This document shows positions 43,697 through 54,000 of a stretch of 64,000 bases of DNA, piece by piece. Below the pieces are notes generated by a model. The model was not told the DNA's origin. It worked only from the letters and a program-made list of their open reading frames with translations, and searched no databases. Positions within the stretch are counted from its first letter, which is position 1. Every line of letters begins with the position of its first letter. The position numbers and the translations under genes are program-made. Origin of the DNA: a virus; the IMG/VR virus record IMGVR_UViG_3300036773_000146, positions 32,001-96,000 of that record; one strand, given 5' to 3'.

Positions 43697-44112
43697 CAGT
43701 GCTGGTGCCCCTTCGTCATCTCGCGGACGATCTGGTCGAGGTTCTTCTCCGCCTTGATCTGGCCGGGCTGCGCGCCCGGCAGCTGCAAGATGTTCGACTG
43801 CACCTCGTGGGCCATCTGCTCGTGGTCGAACTCGTGGGCATCGATCCGGCCGTTAACGGTGATGTCGAAGGACCAGAGGCCCTTGACCTCTTCCACCATC
43901 GGCTCGCGGGTGATCGGGTGGTAGCCCTTGACCTCGCCGGTGTAGAAGGTGTTCACGGCCACGTCGAAGCCGATTGCGGCGAACTTCTCCTTGGCCATGT
44001 CCACGAAGTCCTGCGGGTTCATCCGGGAGTCGCGTAGGGCGTTCAGCTCCCGGATCACCGCCTCCATCTTGAGGATCTCGGTGTCGTAGGGCATGGCGAT
44101 CGAGTGGGTCAC
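43696..44112 (-). CDS. hypothetical protein
   Basis: GTGA overlap. Confidence 0.65.
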   Translation of the reverse strand: MTHSIAMPYDTEILKMEAVIRELNALRDSRMNPQDFVDMAKEKFAAIGFDVAVNTFYTGEVKGYHPITREPMVEEVKGLWSFDITVNGRIDAHEFDHEQMAHEVQSNILQLPGAQPGQIKAEKNLDQIVREMTKGHQH

Positions 44113-44798
44113 AGGGTCTCCTCGACGATCTCGGCGTCCAGCGGCTGCTGGGCTTCCTGACGGGTGCGGATGGACTTGAGCACGGGACTCGTGTTCAGGG
44201 CATGGCCGAAGGCCTGCCACTGATCGTCGGTCATGATCTCTCGGGCCTTCTCGAAGAACTCGGTGATCGCCTCGTCCCAGACGTCGCCGTCGACATCACC
44301 ATCACCGTCGCCCTTCACCGCCTGCAACAGCTTGGCCGCGTTGAGGCCGTCGGTGATGGTCGGGCGCAGGGAGCCGTCGGCGATGCCCAGCTGGGTCATC
44401 GCCACCACCTGCTCGGCCAGATTGAGGCCGTCGATGATCCGCTCGGTCTCCTGCTCGTAGTGCTCGGAGAGCGCCTTGGCGCGACGGTCGGTGATGTCCC
44501 GCAGCACGGCCGCCTCGACGGGCAGGTGCCGCTCGGTGTGGTGCCGCCAGATGGCCGTGTAGTCCAGCGTCGGGTAGGTCTTGGTCTCGCCGCGATCCTC
44601 GTACTCCACCCCGGAGTACTGCTCGGCGATCGTGCGGTAGGGCACCTGGGAAAGGATCTTGTGCTCGATCTCGATCCGGGCCGGGTGGGTGCAGGTCTTG
44701 CAGTTCGGCACCCGGCGGGCGTCGTAGGTGCGGCCCGCGATCTGCACCTGGATCAGGGAACCGCGCAGGGTGGTGACCTCACGGGATTCCTCAGCCAT
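44109..44798 (-). CDS. putative terminase small subunit / HTH protein
   Basis: CKTC.HP.R..IE......YR.IA...IWRH...H; helical C-terminus; upstream of terL. Confidence 0.5.
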   Translation of the reverse strand: MAEESREVTTLRGSLIQVQIAGRTYDARRVPNCKTCTHPARIEIEHKILSQVPYRTIAEQYSGVEYEDRGETKTYPTLDYTAIWRHHTERHLPVEAAVLRDITDRRAKALSEHYEQETERIIDGLNLAEQVVAMTQLGIADGSLRPTITDGLNAAKLLQAVKGDGDGDVDGDVWDEAITEFFEKAREIMTDDQWQAFGHALNTSPVLKSIRTRQEAQQPLDAEIVEETL

Positions 44799-45186
44799 GG
44801 GTATCCGTGCCCGAGAAGCTCGTCATCGCGATGGACATGTCCTGCTTGGCCGCCGACTGGGCGATCCCGTCGCGGGAGTTGAGGTAGGGCTTGGCGCGGT
44901 TGAGCACCCGGCCGTACATCCCCTGGCGGATGCTGGAGTCCGGGAACCCCGCCGCCGTGTAGACCTCGTGCCCGATGCGGTTCTTTTCCTTCCAGGGCGT
45001 CAGGATGTCCGACTTTGCCTCGCGGCTGGTGATCTGCTTCAGATGTGCGAAGAGGATGGCGTCGGCCTCCTCCTCCAGCGCGAGACTCGTGCCGTAGCGC
45101 ACCCGGCCGCCGTGCCCCGCGATGAGTCGTGACTCGAACTCCTCCTCGTCGACCTGATCCGTGTCGTCGTCCCATACTGCCGTCAT
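44791..45186 (-). CDS. hypothetical protein
   Basis: ATGA overlap. Confidence 0.6.
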   Translation of the reverse strand: MTAVWDDDTDQVDEEEFESRLIAGHGGRVRYGTSLALEEEADAILFAHLKQITSREAKSDILTPWKEKNRIGHEVYTAAGFPDSSIRQGMYGRVLNRAKPYLNSRDGIAQSAAKQDMSIAMTSFSGTDTHG

Positions 45187-45887
45187 CGCTGCCTCCCGAT
45201 CGTGCCCGCGCCCGCACCCGCGCGCCTGAGCATCCCGTGTTCGAAGTTCACGCACGCCTGGTCGAACTCGTCCATCGCCTGATGGCAGACGGTATAGCCC
45301 GGCGGAATCATCCCCCGGTGCGCCACGTACGTGACGAGCAGCGGGTGGACGTAAAAAAAGCCCGACGCCGTGGCGCGGGACCTGAGTCGTATGCGGGGCT
45401 CTTGACCGGGTGCGGTGAGCGTGTAGCGCAGGCAGCCGTCCATCACCCGGGTCGTGCTGGTCTTGATTCTGCCTGCCAACGCGGCCATGCTGCCGATCGC
45501 CTGGTGGTAGTGCGCGTGCTGCCAGTCGTCGGTATGACTGCGGAACCGGGCAATGCCGCCGGTCTCGATGAATTCGACGAGCTTCCGCAATCCGAGCGTG
45601 GCGTACATGCCGACGGGATTAGTCGGCGAAACACCCATCAGCTGCGCGGCGTCCTGCTCACGATGATCTTGTACGAGGAAGAGCTTGATGGCTGTGTACT
45701 GAGAGTGAGTGAGCAGTCGCGGAGCCTGTTCGAAGAGATACTCCAGGTCCCAGAGCGACCACTCGCGACCGGACGGGGAGATGATCTCATCGATCCCCTC
45801 GGTCTCGTAGAGGCTGCGAAACTCCTGCAAATACCTGAACAAAACACGCAATTCCGACACTGCTGGCAAGGATTGACTGGACGTCAC
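45183..45887 (-). CDS. sigma-4-like HTH fused to degenerate HNH/His-Cys module
   Basis: LTHSQ..AI.L......EQDAAQLMGVS; GCL.Y...YVH...G.IPPGYTVCH....ACVN.EH. Confidence 0.6.
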   Translation of the reverse strand: MTSSQSLPAVSELRVLFRYLQEFRSLYETEGIDEIISPSGREWSLWDLEYLFEQAPRLLTHSQYTAIKLFLVQDHREQDAAQLMGVSPTNPVGMYATLGLRKLVEFIETGGIARFRSHTDDWQHAHYHQAIGSMAALAGRIKTSTTRVMDGCLRYTLTAPGQEPRIRLRSRATASGFFYVHPLLVTYVAHRGMIPPGYTVCHQAMDEFDQACVNFEHGMLRRAGAGAGTIGRQR

Positions 45888-46034
45888 GGTGGCGGAGCCC
45901 TTCGACCCTGGTGGCCCTGCCTGATATGGCAAGGCGGGCGGTCTGCTGGACCGCCCGCCACCCATAGTGATCGAGAGTCACCCACTTGGCAAGAACACCG
46001 ACCCTGTGGGTGACAAACACGCATCTTATTCTCG

Positions 46035-46733
46035 TTAATTAGCCACGTGAATGTCCTTGATTCGCTGATTAAGTCTCTCCATTGAGCGGACGATTGCGTC
46101 GGCTTTTCGGGAGTAATAGGTCTTGAAAATGGCCAGGAACTGGTCCTCGGCAGCCACCATCTTGGCCCGCGCCGTCCGGCCCTCGATGGTGTCCTTGCTG
46201 CCCGAGGGCAGGTCATCGTAGCCGGAGGAGAACTGCTGCTCCCAGATGACCTTGGCGTACATGCTCTCGGCCCAGGCCTCGGCACCACGCTGCTCCCAGA
46301 CGATCATCCGGGTGGTGATCTGGTAGAGGAACCGTTCGCGTTCCTTGGCGTTGAGCCTGCCCCAGTCCTCCACGAAGTCACCGGTACCCTGCTTGCGCTT
46401 CCACTCGACCGAGCCATCGTGGTTGATGATCGGCTCGCCGTTGAGCATGGCAGGCGTGCGCACCAGAAGAAACAGCTCCTCCTGGAGCGCGAAGGCGTCG
46501 GCGAAGGCCTTCTTGAGCTGGTCGTCGATGTTGCGGTGCATGATCCGCACGAACTGGGCCTGCTCGCTGTTCCAGTCGGTCTTCATCCGGGAGAACCCGG
46601 TCGTCTGGAACCGGCGCTCGCGCTCGTCGGGCAGCTCGACGTTCGGCTGCTCGGTCAACTCCTTGGCCTGCTCGGCGGTGACTTCTTCGTTGGTGGTCTT
46701 GCCGCTGGCGCGGGTCTTGTCGTCATCAGCCAT
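46035..46733 (-). CDS. helical protein, possible recombination mediator
   Basis: Coiled-coil C-terminus; located in recombination cluster. Confidence 0.55.
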   Translation of the reverse strand: MADDDKTRASGKTTNEEVTAEQAKELTEQPNVELPDERERRFQTTGFSRMKTDWNSEQAQFVRIMHRNIDDQLKKAFADAFALQEELFLLVRTPAMLNGEPIINHDGSVEWKRKQGTGDFVEDWGRLNAKERERFLYQITTRMIVWEQRGAEAWAESMYAKVIWEQQFSSGYDDLPSGSKDTIEGRTARAKMVAAEDQFLAIFKTYYSRKADAIVRSMERLNQRIKDIHVAN

Positions 46734-47445
46734 GATCCTTTTCCTCCTGAAGCCTGCACGCCTTGCATGCGGTGACGATGGTGGTGGGGTTGGTCTTGCG
46801 GGCGATGGACCGGCCCCTGCGCAGACCGGTCTTGTGACCGCACTCCAGCCGGAGGACCGTCCGGTTGATCACTTGGCCGGTCTGGGTCTGGCCCATGGGA
46901 ACCTCTTCGAAGGCCACGCCGCACCGCTTGATCGTGTCGTCACGCTTCTTGCCGTCCGGCCGCGTGGGCACCTCTTGCTCGGTCAGAATCTGGCGCACCC
47001 GCGATTCGTTGACGAAGAAGAACTCGGCGATCCGGCTGGTCGACCAGCCCGCGAGGTACAGCCGGACGACCTCCTCAGAACTCAGGTATGAAGGCGGTGG
47101 CCCGGACCGCTCCCGCAGCGGAATATCGTGCTGCTCCAGTGAGGCCTTGACTCTCTGCAAACCCACACCCAGAGCGCTCGCCACGTCGATCATGCTGCGG
47201 CCCTGGCGCACGTACATCCGCTCCAGCAGCTCCTTGTTCAGCGGAGGCAGCGCGCGGCTCCCCGGCAGTGTCAGCCGGTGCCCGGCATTGTTCTTGAGCG
47301 GGATCTCCAGCCTGATCAGCGCGTTGCGCACGGTCGTCGGCATCACGCCGTGCGCCACGGCGATCTGGCCCATCGAGAGGCCCTGCTCGTGGTAAAGCCG
47401 CGTCAGCTCCTCGCGGGTCGGATCGAACTTGCGTCGGGCGCTCAC
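46726..47445 (-). CDS. triple-HTH DNA-binding protein with C-terminal zinc ribbon
   Basis: Three L.RLY....S...IA...GV....V...L....IP.R repeats; LECGH...CKAC. Confidence 0.75.
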   Translation of the reverse strand: MSARRKFDPTREELTRLYHEQGLSMGQIAVAHGVMPTTVRNALIRLEIPLKNNAGHRLTLPGSRALPPLNKELLERMYVRQGRSMIDVASALGVGLQRVKASLEQHDIPLRERSGPPPSYLSSEEVVRLYLAGWSTSRIAEFFFVNESRVRQILTEQEVPTRPDGKKRDDTIKRCGVAFEEVPMGQTQTGQVINRTVLRLECGHKTGLRRGRSIARKTNPTTIVTACKACRLQEEKDHG

Positions 47446-48104
47446 GGCTTCTCCCGGCTCAGCTGGAAAACCGCGACAGAGAGCGCGTCGCGCAGGTCGG
47501 CGTTCGTGATGAGGTCCAGCCCCTGCACGCCCCAGCTGGCCGCCAGCGGCATGAGCACCGCGTGGTGGGCCTTCTTGTTGAAGCCCTTCTTCCGGGCGGC
47601 CGGGCCGCAGACGAAGGCCTTGTGCGTCTGCGGCTGGACCATCGGCTGACACCGTGGCGGGAGGTGGTCGTTGCGGTCCAGGGCGAACCGCAGGGCCGCG
47701 CCGCCGAGCAGGGTGGCTTCCGGCCGGATCAGGGATCCACCGCCGACCGGTGGGCCTTCGTGCACGAACTCGATGCGCGACGGGACATACCCGGCAGCGG
47801 CGGTGAACACCCAGTCCTCGATCAGGTGCGACAGCTCCAGCGTCTTGCGCAGGCTCTCCTCGTAACCTCCGGCGCCGTGATCGGAGGTGGTGAACTTCTT
47901 CGCCGCCAGCACCTTGAGCTGCGGCTTGCCCCAGACCAGGCCGAAGGTCAGGAGCACCCCGGCGCAGCCGGACAGCGACGGGTCGAAGGCGAAGACCTGG
48001 CGGCCGTAGTAGTCGCCGGGATCCATGCCTTCCAGCGTCGGCGGCGCCCACTCGGGCTTGGCCGGGCGTCCGGCGGCGAATGACTCCAGTGCGTCGGTGT
48101 TCAC
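47442..48104 (-). CDS. ruvC: RuvC-like resolvase
   Basis: FAFDPSLSG.A; VHE; K.F..G; NADLRDA. Confidence 0.75.
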   Translation of the reverse strand: MNTDALESFAAGRPAKPEWAPPTLEGMDPGDYYGRQVFAFDPSLSGCAGVLLTFGLVWGKPQLKVLAAKKFTTSDHGAGGYEESLRKTLELSHLIEDWVFTAAAGYVPSRIEFVHEGPPVGGGSLIRPEATLLGGAALRFALDRNDHLPPRCQPMVQPQTHKAFVCGPAARKKGFNKKAHHAVLMPLAASWGVQGLDLITNADLRDALSVAVFQLSREKP

Positions 48105-48907
48105 GTGAGGACCTTCCCGATCGGGCAGAAGCGTGCCGACGGGCACGTCTTGGACTCCTTGGATCCGATGCCGCAGCACGCTTCCGGCAGGGTGCCACGC
48201 GACGCGTGCTCGATGGCGGTGCGGTACTTCGCCCGCTGGGCCGCCTGGAAGCGCGGGTCCGCGTGCACCACGAACTCCTCCATCGGGAAGCCCGGGACCA
48301 TGCCGAGCACCAGGTATCGGGTCTTGGCCAGGCCGGTGACGGCGAGGTAGTCCTGGGTCTGCGAGTAGTAGCCGTACGGGTTCTTCTCCCGCAGGTAGGC
48401 CTCGCCGCCGTCGCGGTAGCTCTTGACGATCCGGTCGCTCGACGTGGTCTTGAACTCGAACAACTCGTCGTCGGCGGTGGCCATCCGGCCGTCGGCGTGG
48501 CCCAGGACGTTGTGGTGGGGGTCCCGGATCGGGATCTCGGCCTGCTTCTCGATCGGGTCCTTCCACTTGGTGCCCGGGTTGCGGCGCAGGATCTCCCCGC
48601 GCAGCAGGATCCGCTGGAACAGCTCATGCCAGAAGGATCCCTGGGTGACGGCGAGGACGAAGTGCACGTCCGGCCGCTCCTGCGGCATCTGGCCCCCGTG
48701 CATCAGGTAAAGGGCCAGCTGCCGGGCCGTCCAGGTGGCGTGGGTGGACGGGTGGAACCAGCCGTCGAACTCGCGCTGACCCTCCTGCCAGCCGCGCACG
48801 GTGACGTCGAAGCCCTTGAAGCCGGGGGCAGCCATCTCCGCGCGGATGTGCGGGACGATCACCTGCCCCTTGGCGGCGGCGGACAGGGTCCGCTGGAAGT
48901 TAGCCAT
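48101..48907 (-). CDS. Cas4-like / PD-(D/E)XK exonuclease
   Basis: HPS...GS.WH...GHADG...EFKT...Q..Y...C....CP...FC. Confidence 0.8.
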   Translation of the reverse strand: MANFQRTLSAAAKGQVIVPHIRAEMAAPGFKGFDVTVRGWQEGQREFDGWFHPSTHATWTARQLALYLMHGGQMPQERPDVHFVLAVTQGSFWHELFQRILLRGEILRRNPGTKWKDPIEKQAEIPIRDPHHNVLGHADGRMATADDELFEFKTTSSDRIVKSYRDGGEAYLREKNPYGYYSQTQDYLAVTGLAKTRYLVLGMVPGFPMEEFVVHADPRFQAAQRAKYRTAIEHASRGTLPEACCGIGSKESKTCPSARFCPIGKVLT

Positions 48908-49115
48908 CCGAGCCCCGCAGGTAGCCGCTGAGGACGTCGCTCAGCTCCGCGAGCGAGGTGGAGGCGTCGTCGGCCAGCTTCGCGATGTCGTCGCCTCCAG
49001 GCCAGCCTGAGGCCTCCGTTTCGAGGTCCTGGATGTTGCCGAGCGCGTCGTCCACGCGCTTCTGCGCGTAGATCACGTCCCGGAGCAGCTGGGCCTCGTC
49101 GATGGGGTCGCTCAC
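48900..49115 (-). CDS. hypothetical protein
   Basis: Overlap-coupled ORF. Confidence 0.6.
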   Translation of the reverse strand: MSDPIDEAQLLRDVIYAQKRVDDALGNIQDLETEASGWPGGDDIAKLADDASTSLAELSDVLSGYLRGSDG

Positions 49116-49549
49116 AGGAACTCACCCCAGTACTCCTCCGCGATGCTCTCGCCCTCGCTCTGGTGCTCGGCCTCGCGCTCCAGCGACTTCCGGTAAGCGC
49201 GAGCATCCGCGAGAAGCTCGGCAAAGTCGTTGGCCTCTATGGCGATGAGGTCCAGCTCCGGGCGCAGCGCGTTGCCCGGGGAGTACCAGCGCAGGGCCAA
49301 CACCGTGGTCAGGCCGTGACTCTGCTCGACGGCCTTGGCCCACATGTCCCGGGTCACGCCGACCGACTTGCCCCGGGTGGCCTTGCCGTCCCAGGCCAGC
49401 GGATGCGCCTGTTCGTGCCGGTCGTTCTTGCCGTCCATCTGGTCGGCGAACTGGTTGCCGGAGCCCTTAGTGCGGCGGCCGCCGAGCAGCTCGGCCAGGT
49501 AGATCTCGTGGCGATCACTGAGCTTGCGGGTGGTCGGGTCAGCGGCCAT
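49112..49549 (-). CDS. Hjc-like PD-(D/E)XK Holliday junction resolvase
   Basis: HE..LA..LGG....GSG......D.......DGK.T..KS. Confidence 0.7.
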   Translation of the reverse strand: MAADPTTRKLSDRHEIYLAELLGGRRTKGSGNQFADQMDGKNDRHEQAHPLAWDGKATRGKSVGVTRDMWAKAVEQSHGLTTVLALRWYSPGNALRPELDLIAIEANDFAELLADARAYRKSLEREAEHQSEGESIAEEYWGEFL

Positions 49550-49952
49550 GGACGATCGCCTCCAGGTCGCCGGGCTGACAGGACAGGCAGTTCTGGAAGC
49601 TGACCCCGAGCGGGAGCCGGGTCTGCTTGTTCAGCAGCGGGGTCTGCCAGAACCACTGGCCGGGCAGGATTTCCCGCTCGCAGGTCAGGCAGTGCATCGC
49701 GCTCTCGAAGTCCTCCGGCCGGTATTGCAGGCGTTCGGACTCGCCCCAGGCCGTGGTCGGCGCTCCGATGATCTGCGCCAGCGCACGGTCCATGATCCGG
49801 TGGTCCGGCAGCTCGACCTGGTCCGGCTCCTCAACGTCGACGACCGGGGGTGGAGTCATGTGCTTGCCGACGTTGCCGACGACGAGTGCGACGACCGCGA
49901 TCACAGCAATCGCCAGCGCGCCGATCAGCATCTCGACGGTGTTCGCGTTCAC
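49539..49952 (-). CDS. membrane-anchored CxxC protein
   Basis: N-terminal TM; CLTC...CLSC. Confidence 0.6.
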   Translation of the reverse strand: MNANTVEMLIGALAIAVIAVVALVVGNVGKHMTPPPVVDVEEPDQVELPDHRIMDRALAQIIGAPTTAWGESERLQYRPEDFESAMHCLTCEREILPGQWFWQTPLLNKQTRLPLGVSFQNCLSCQPGDLEAIVHGR

Positions 49953-51022
49953 CCTTCCTCCAGTGGGTTCGTGACGACCTCGTGCGCCTTGGTGGCCAGG
50001 GTCTTCTCCCGGATCGGGTCGACGGCGGCCGGGTTCTCGCGCAGGTAGGCCAGCACGGCGGCCTCACCGTTGTGCTCGGAGCCGTCGGGCAGGTCGTACC
50101 AGGCGCCGCGTCGTCCGAACACCCCCGCGCGTTTGGCCGTGGCGAACACATCAAACGGCACATCCAGGCCGACCGGACCGTACTTCTCGGTGACCTGGTT
50201 GTAGAAGGTCATCTCCGCCGTCCGGCGCGGCGGCGCGACCTTGTTCTTCTCGATCAGGACGGCAAGCTTCTGCCCGACCTGCTCCTCCTCGCCCTTGCCG
50301 CCGATCATGATCGGCTTGTCCGCACGGCGAAATTTCAACCGGTGCGTGGTCACGTGGGAGAGCGCGAAGCCGCCGGTGCGCGTGATGTCGCCGCCGTAGG
50401 ACAGGTTGGCCCGGACCTGATTGATGATCCACAGCATCCCGGCCGTCTGGTTCAGGTCGGCCGCCGCGATCTTCACCATGCGGGTGACGGTCTTGGCCAC
50501 CAGGGCCATCGTGGCCTCGTCGGCGGCCTTGTCCTTCTCCTGCTGGGGAATCATGGCGCCGACCGAGTCCAGGACGATCGGACCGAACATCGGCTCGTTG
50601 CCGTCCTTGGCGTTGATCAGCTCCTTGACCAGGTCGGCCGTCTCCTCGGCGTTGTTCGGCTGCACGAGCAGGAATCGGTTCGAGTCCAGGCTGACCCCGT
50701 GCGCACGGGCCCAGTCCAGATCGAAGGTGTTCTCCGCGTCGATCCAGCCGACCATGCGCTTCGGGTGCTGGCGCTGGTACTCGGCGACGGACCAGGTGAG
50801 CAGGGTGGACTTGCCGGTCTGCTCCGGGCCCCACAGCTCCGAGACGCGGCCCTTCACGAAGCCGCCGCCCATCGCATAGTCCAGAGCCAGGGAGCCGGTG
50901 GAGGCGAACTCGGGGCCGGGACCGGAGGTGTCGCGGATGTTCACTTCCTCGTGTCGCTTGGTGAAGCCGTCCATGAAGCGGCCCAGCGCGGCCGCACCGG
51001 GACCCTCGGTCTTCTTGGGCAT
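49949..51022 (-). CDS. recA: RecA-like recombinase
   Basis: STGSLALDYAMGGG; GPEQTGKST; IDAE; LDSV; INQVR; KNKVAPP. Confidence 0.95.
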   Translation of the reverse strand: MPKKTEGPGAAALGRFMDGFTKRHEEVNIRDTSGPGPEFASTGSLALDYAMGGGFVKGRVSELWGPEQTGKSTLLTWSVAEYQRQHPKRMVGWIDAENTFDLDWARAHGVSLDSNRFLLVQPNNAEETADLVKELINAKDGNEPMFGPIVLDSVGAMIPQQEKDKAADEATMALVAKTVTRMVKIAAADLNQTAGMLWIINQVRANLSYGGDITRTGGFALSHVTTHRLKFRRADKPIMIGGKGEEEQVGQKLAVLIEKNKVAPPRRTAEMTFYNQVTEKYGPVGLDVPFDVFATAKRAGVFGRRGAWYDLPDGSEHNGEAAVLAYLRENPAAVDPIREKTLATKAHEVVTNPLEEG

Positions 51023-51030
51023 GGCGCTCC

Positions 51031-54000
51031 TCATTCGGTGTCGTCGATCGGCAGATAGACCTTCAGGGTCTGGCCCCGGTCGGTCTTCAACATGCTGGTG
51101 TAGACCAATCCGCCCTTGCGGAATTGGGGGGAGAACTGCTCCCACTCGTCCGGGAAGCAGACGGCGGAAACGGTGCCGCGCGGAGTGGTGAGTTTGACGA
51201 AGCCCATGTCCTGACGGTTCTTCGCGTGGTAGTGATCTTGCAGCAGTGCGGCGACCATGTAGGTGCCGTTCGGGCCGGACTCGACGTCCTCGGCGGTGGC
51301 GAACTCCGCCAGGTCCTCGGCCGGGATCGCGTCGAACGGCGTGGAGGACAGGTAGATGCCGAGCATGTCCTGCTCGATCTCGCGGATCTGCTTGTCGGTG
51401 TAGGGCGCCACGGTGCCTACGGCATCATCCACCGTGATCGGCTGCCATTGGCGGCAGGCCTTCGAGCACTTCTTCGGCGGCGGCTTGCGCCGGACCTTCT
51501 TGCCGGTGGCTGCATTGACCTCGTCCGGCTCGGTGGCCCAGTCGTAGCCGCAGGGGATGGCCCAGTCGATCTTCTCGGGCTCTTGCGAGGCCCCGCGCTT
51601 GGGCGTGGGCAGCCAGACGACATCCGACGTGGCCGGTCCACGGTGGACGCACTTCTCAGCGTCCTTGATCGCTCCGTGCTCCAGCACCCGTTCCAGGTAC
51701 CGCCGGTTGGGCACCAGCGAATCCAGGGCGCCGATCCGGACGAGGGTCTTCACCACGCCGACGTTGGCGCCGGAGCGCTCACAGAAGTCCTCCCAGGACG
51801 CGTACGGCTGGCCACCCAGGATGCTCTCCACGGCGGCCGGGCCGACACCCTTGATCGAGTCAATCCCGAAGCGGATGTCGAGACCGGTGTCGCCGAGAGA
51901 GAAGCCACGCCCGGACAGGTTGATGTCCGGCGGCAGCACCTTGTACCCCATCCGCCGCGCCTCCTCGATGAAGGCCGGGTACTTCTCGGCGTCCACGATG
52001 GACAGTGCGGCGGTCAGGAAGTACAGCGGGTAATGGAATTTGAACCACGCCGTCCACACGCCGAGGATGGCATAGGCCAAGGCATGCGCATACCCGAACG
52101 AGTAGCGGGCGAACTCCTCCATCTGCTCCCAAAGGTCGCGCGTCACGTGCTCGGCGGTACCGTTGCCCATGGCCCGCTCGATGAAGTCGACGCCGAGCTT
52201 CTTGGCCTCCTCGACCTTCTTCTTGCCGAGCACCTTGCGCACCTTGTCGGCCTGCACGTCGTCGTAGCCCGCGAGCACCATGCACAGCTTCATCAGCTGC
52301 TCCTGGTAGATCATCGCGCCCCAGGTCTTGGCCAGCACGTCCTCCATACGCGGGTCGGCGTAGGAGACCTCCATTTCGCCCTTGCGGCGAGCCAGGTAGA
52401 GGTCGGTCAGCCCGGATCGCGACGGGCCCGGCCGGACCAGAGTGACGAGGTCGGCCAGTTCGTGCAGGTCCCTCGGCTTCATCCGGCGGGACATCGCGGT
52501 GCCGATCACCGAGCCGATCTGGAACAGCCCGAGGGTGTGGCCCTCGCTGATCTGCTCGTAGAGGTACGGGTCCTCCAGCTCGTCGACCCAGGCATAGGGA
52601 TTGATCACCTTGCCGGTGCGCTCGCGAATGAGGTCCATGGCCTTTTGCAGCATGTCCAGGTTGGAGATGTTGAGCAGGTCGAATTTCACGTAGCCGAGCA
52701 TCTCCAGCACCTTGAGGTCGAACTGGGCGATCATCTGCCCGTCCTCGCCCATCCGCAGGGGCAGGTTCTCGGTCAACGGCGCGTCGGGGTCGATGATGAC
52801 GCCCGCCGGGTGCTTGCCGTAGCTCTTCAGGCGGCCGTGGAACTGCTCGGCCAGCTCGAACACCTGCGGGTACTTGTCCGCGTAGGTCTGCAACAGCTCG
52901 CCTGCGCGATCCCACAGGTCATCCCAGGACAGCCCCAGACCGGCCGTGTCGCCCTCGGCGGCCTCGATGATGGCCGAGCACGCCTGGATGTCGATCCAGT
53001 GGTCCTCGGGCAGCTGAGACTTCAGCGCGCGGGCCACGGCCTGGATGGCCGACTTGCTCTTGAGTCGCATGTGCGTGCCGACGGTGGCGACATTGTCGGC
53101 GCCCCAGCGCCGCGCCACGTAGCCGTACATCTCGGACTTCTTGCTCGACGGGAAGTCGATGTCGAAGTCCGGCAGCTCGGTGCGACCCTTGGTCATGAAC
53201 CGCTCGAACAGCACGTCGTGCTCGACCGGGTCGATCTCGGTGATGCCGAGCAGGTAGGCCACCAGCGAGCCGCCGCCGGAGCCACGCCCCGGCCCGACCA
53301 GAATGCCGGTCTGCTTCGCGTAGCCGACCAGGTCGGCGACCATCAGGAAGTAGCCCGCGAAGCCCTTCTCGGCGATCAGGCCGAACTCGGTCTCGAACCG
53401 GGCCATGTAGGCGTCGGCGTCCAGCCGCTTGCCGAGGGTGCGCTCGTCCCAGCGGGTCAGGCAGTCGTCCAGCAGCCGGGTGATGTCCTGTTGGGCCGGG
53501 TCCGGAATCTCGGCGGTCTTCCGCGAGTAGACCGGGTTGTGGCTGGCCAGGGTGATCTCGGCGGTGCACCGGTCGGCGACGACCATCGTGTTGGCCACCA
53601 GCCGGTCGACGTGCGCGCCCAGGTAGGCCACCGACGCGCGGGCGTCGGCCTCGGTCATCAGGTGGTAGTCCTCGTCGCCCTCGAACATGGTCGAATCGGC
53701 CAGCTCGTCCAGCGTCTTGCCGATCGCGCTGGCCACCCAGACCTTGTGCGAGTGCTTGTCGTCCGGCATCGGGTAGTGCGAGTCGCAGGCGAGAATCGGC
53801 TCAATGCCGTAGGCGGTGGCCGCGTCGAGCAGCCACTGGTTGCCGCTGACCTGCTCGGGCGCGCTGCCCGGCTGGATCTCCAGGTAGAGCCGGTCGCCGA
53901 AGATCTCGTGCAGGCGCAGCAGATTGCTGGTGGCCAGCTCCTCGTCACCCCGGTTCAGCGGCTTAAGCACGGGGCCGCCGAGGCACGCGGTGGTGGCGAT

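Noticed and set aside
46726-48627. 633-aa ORF as one protein (similarly 6841-8232, 56655-59006, 39158-40525)
   Set aside because: Upstream extensions overlap real genes in other frames; true starts are at 47445, 7137, 58763 and 39970.
48101-48907. Cas4 as evidence of CRISPR-Cas
   Set aside because: Solo Cas4-like exonuclease in a recombination operon, common in actinophages.
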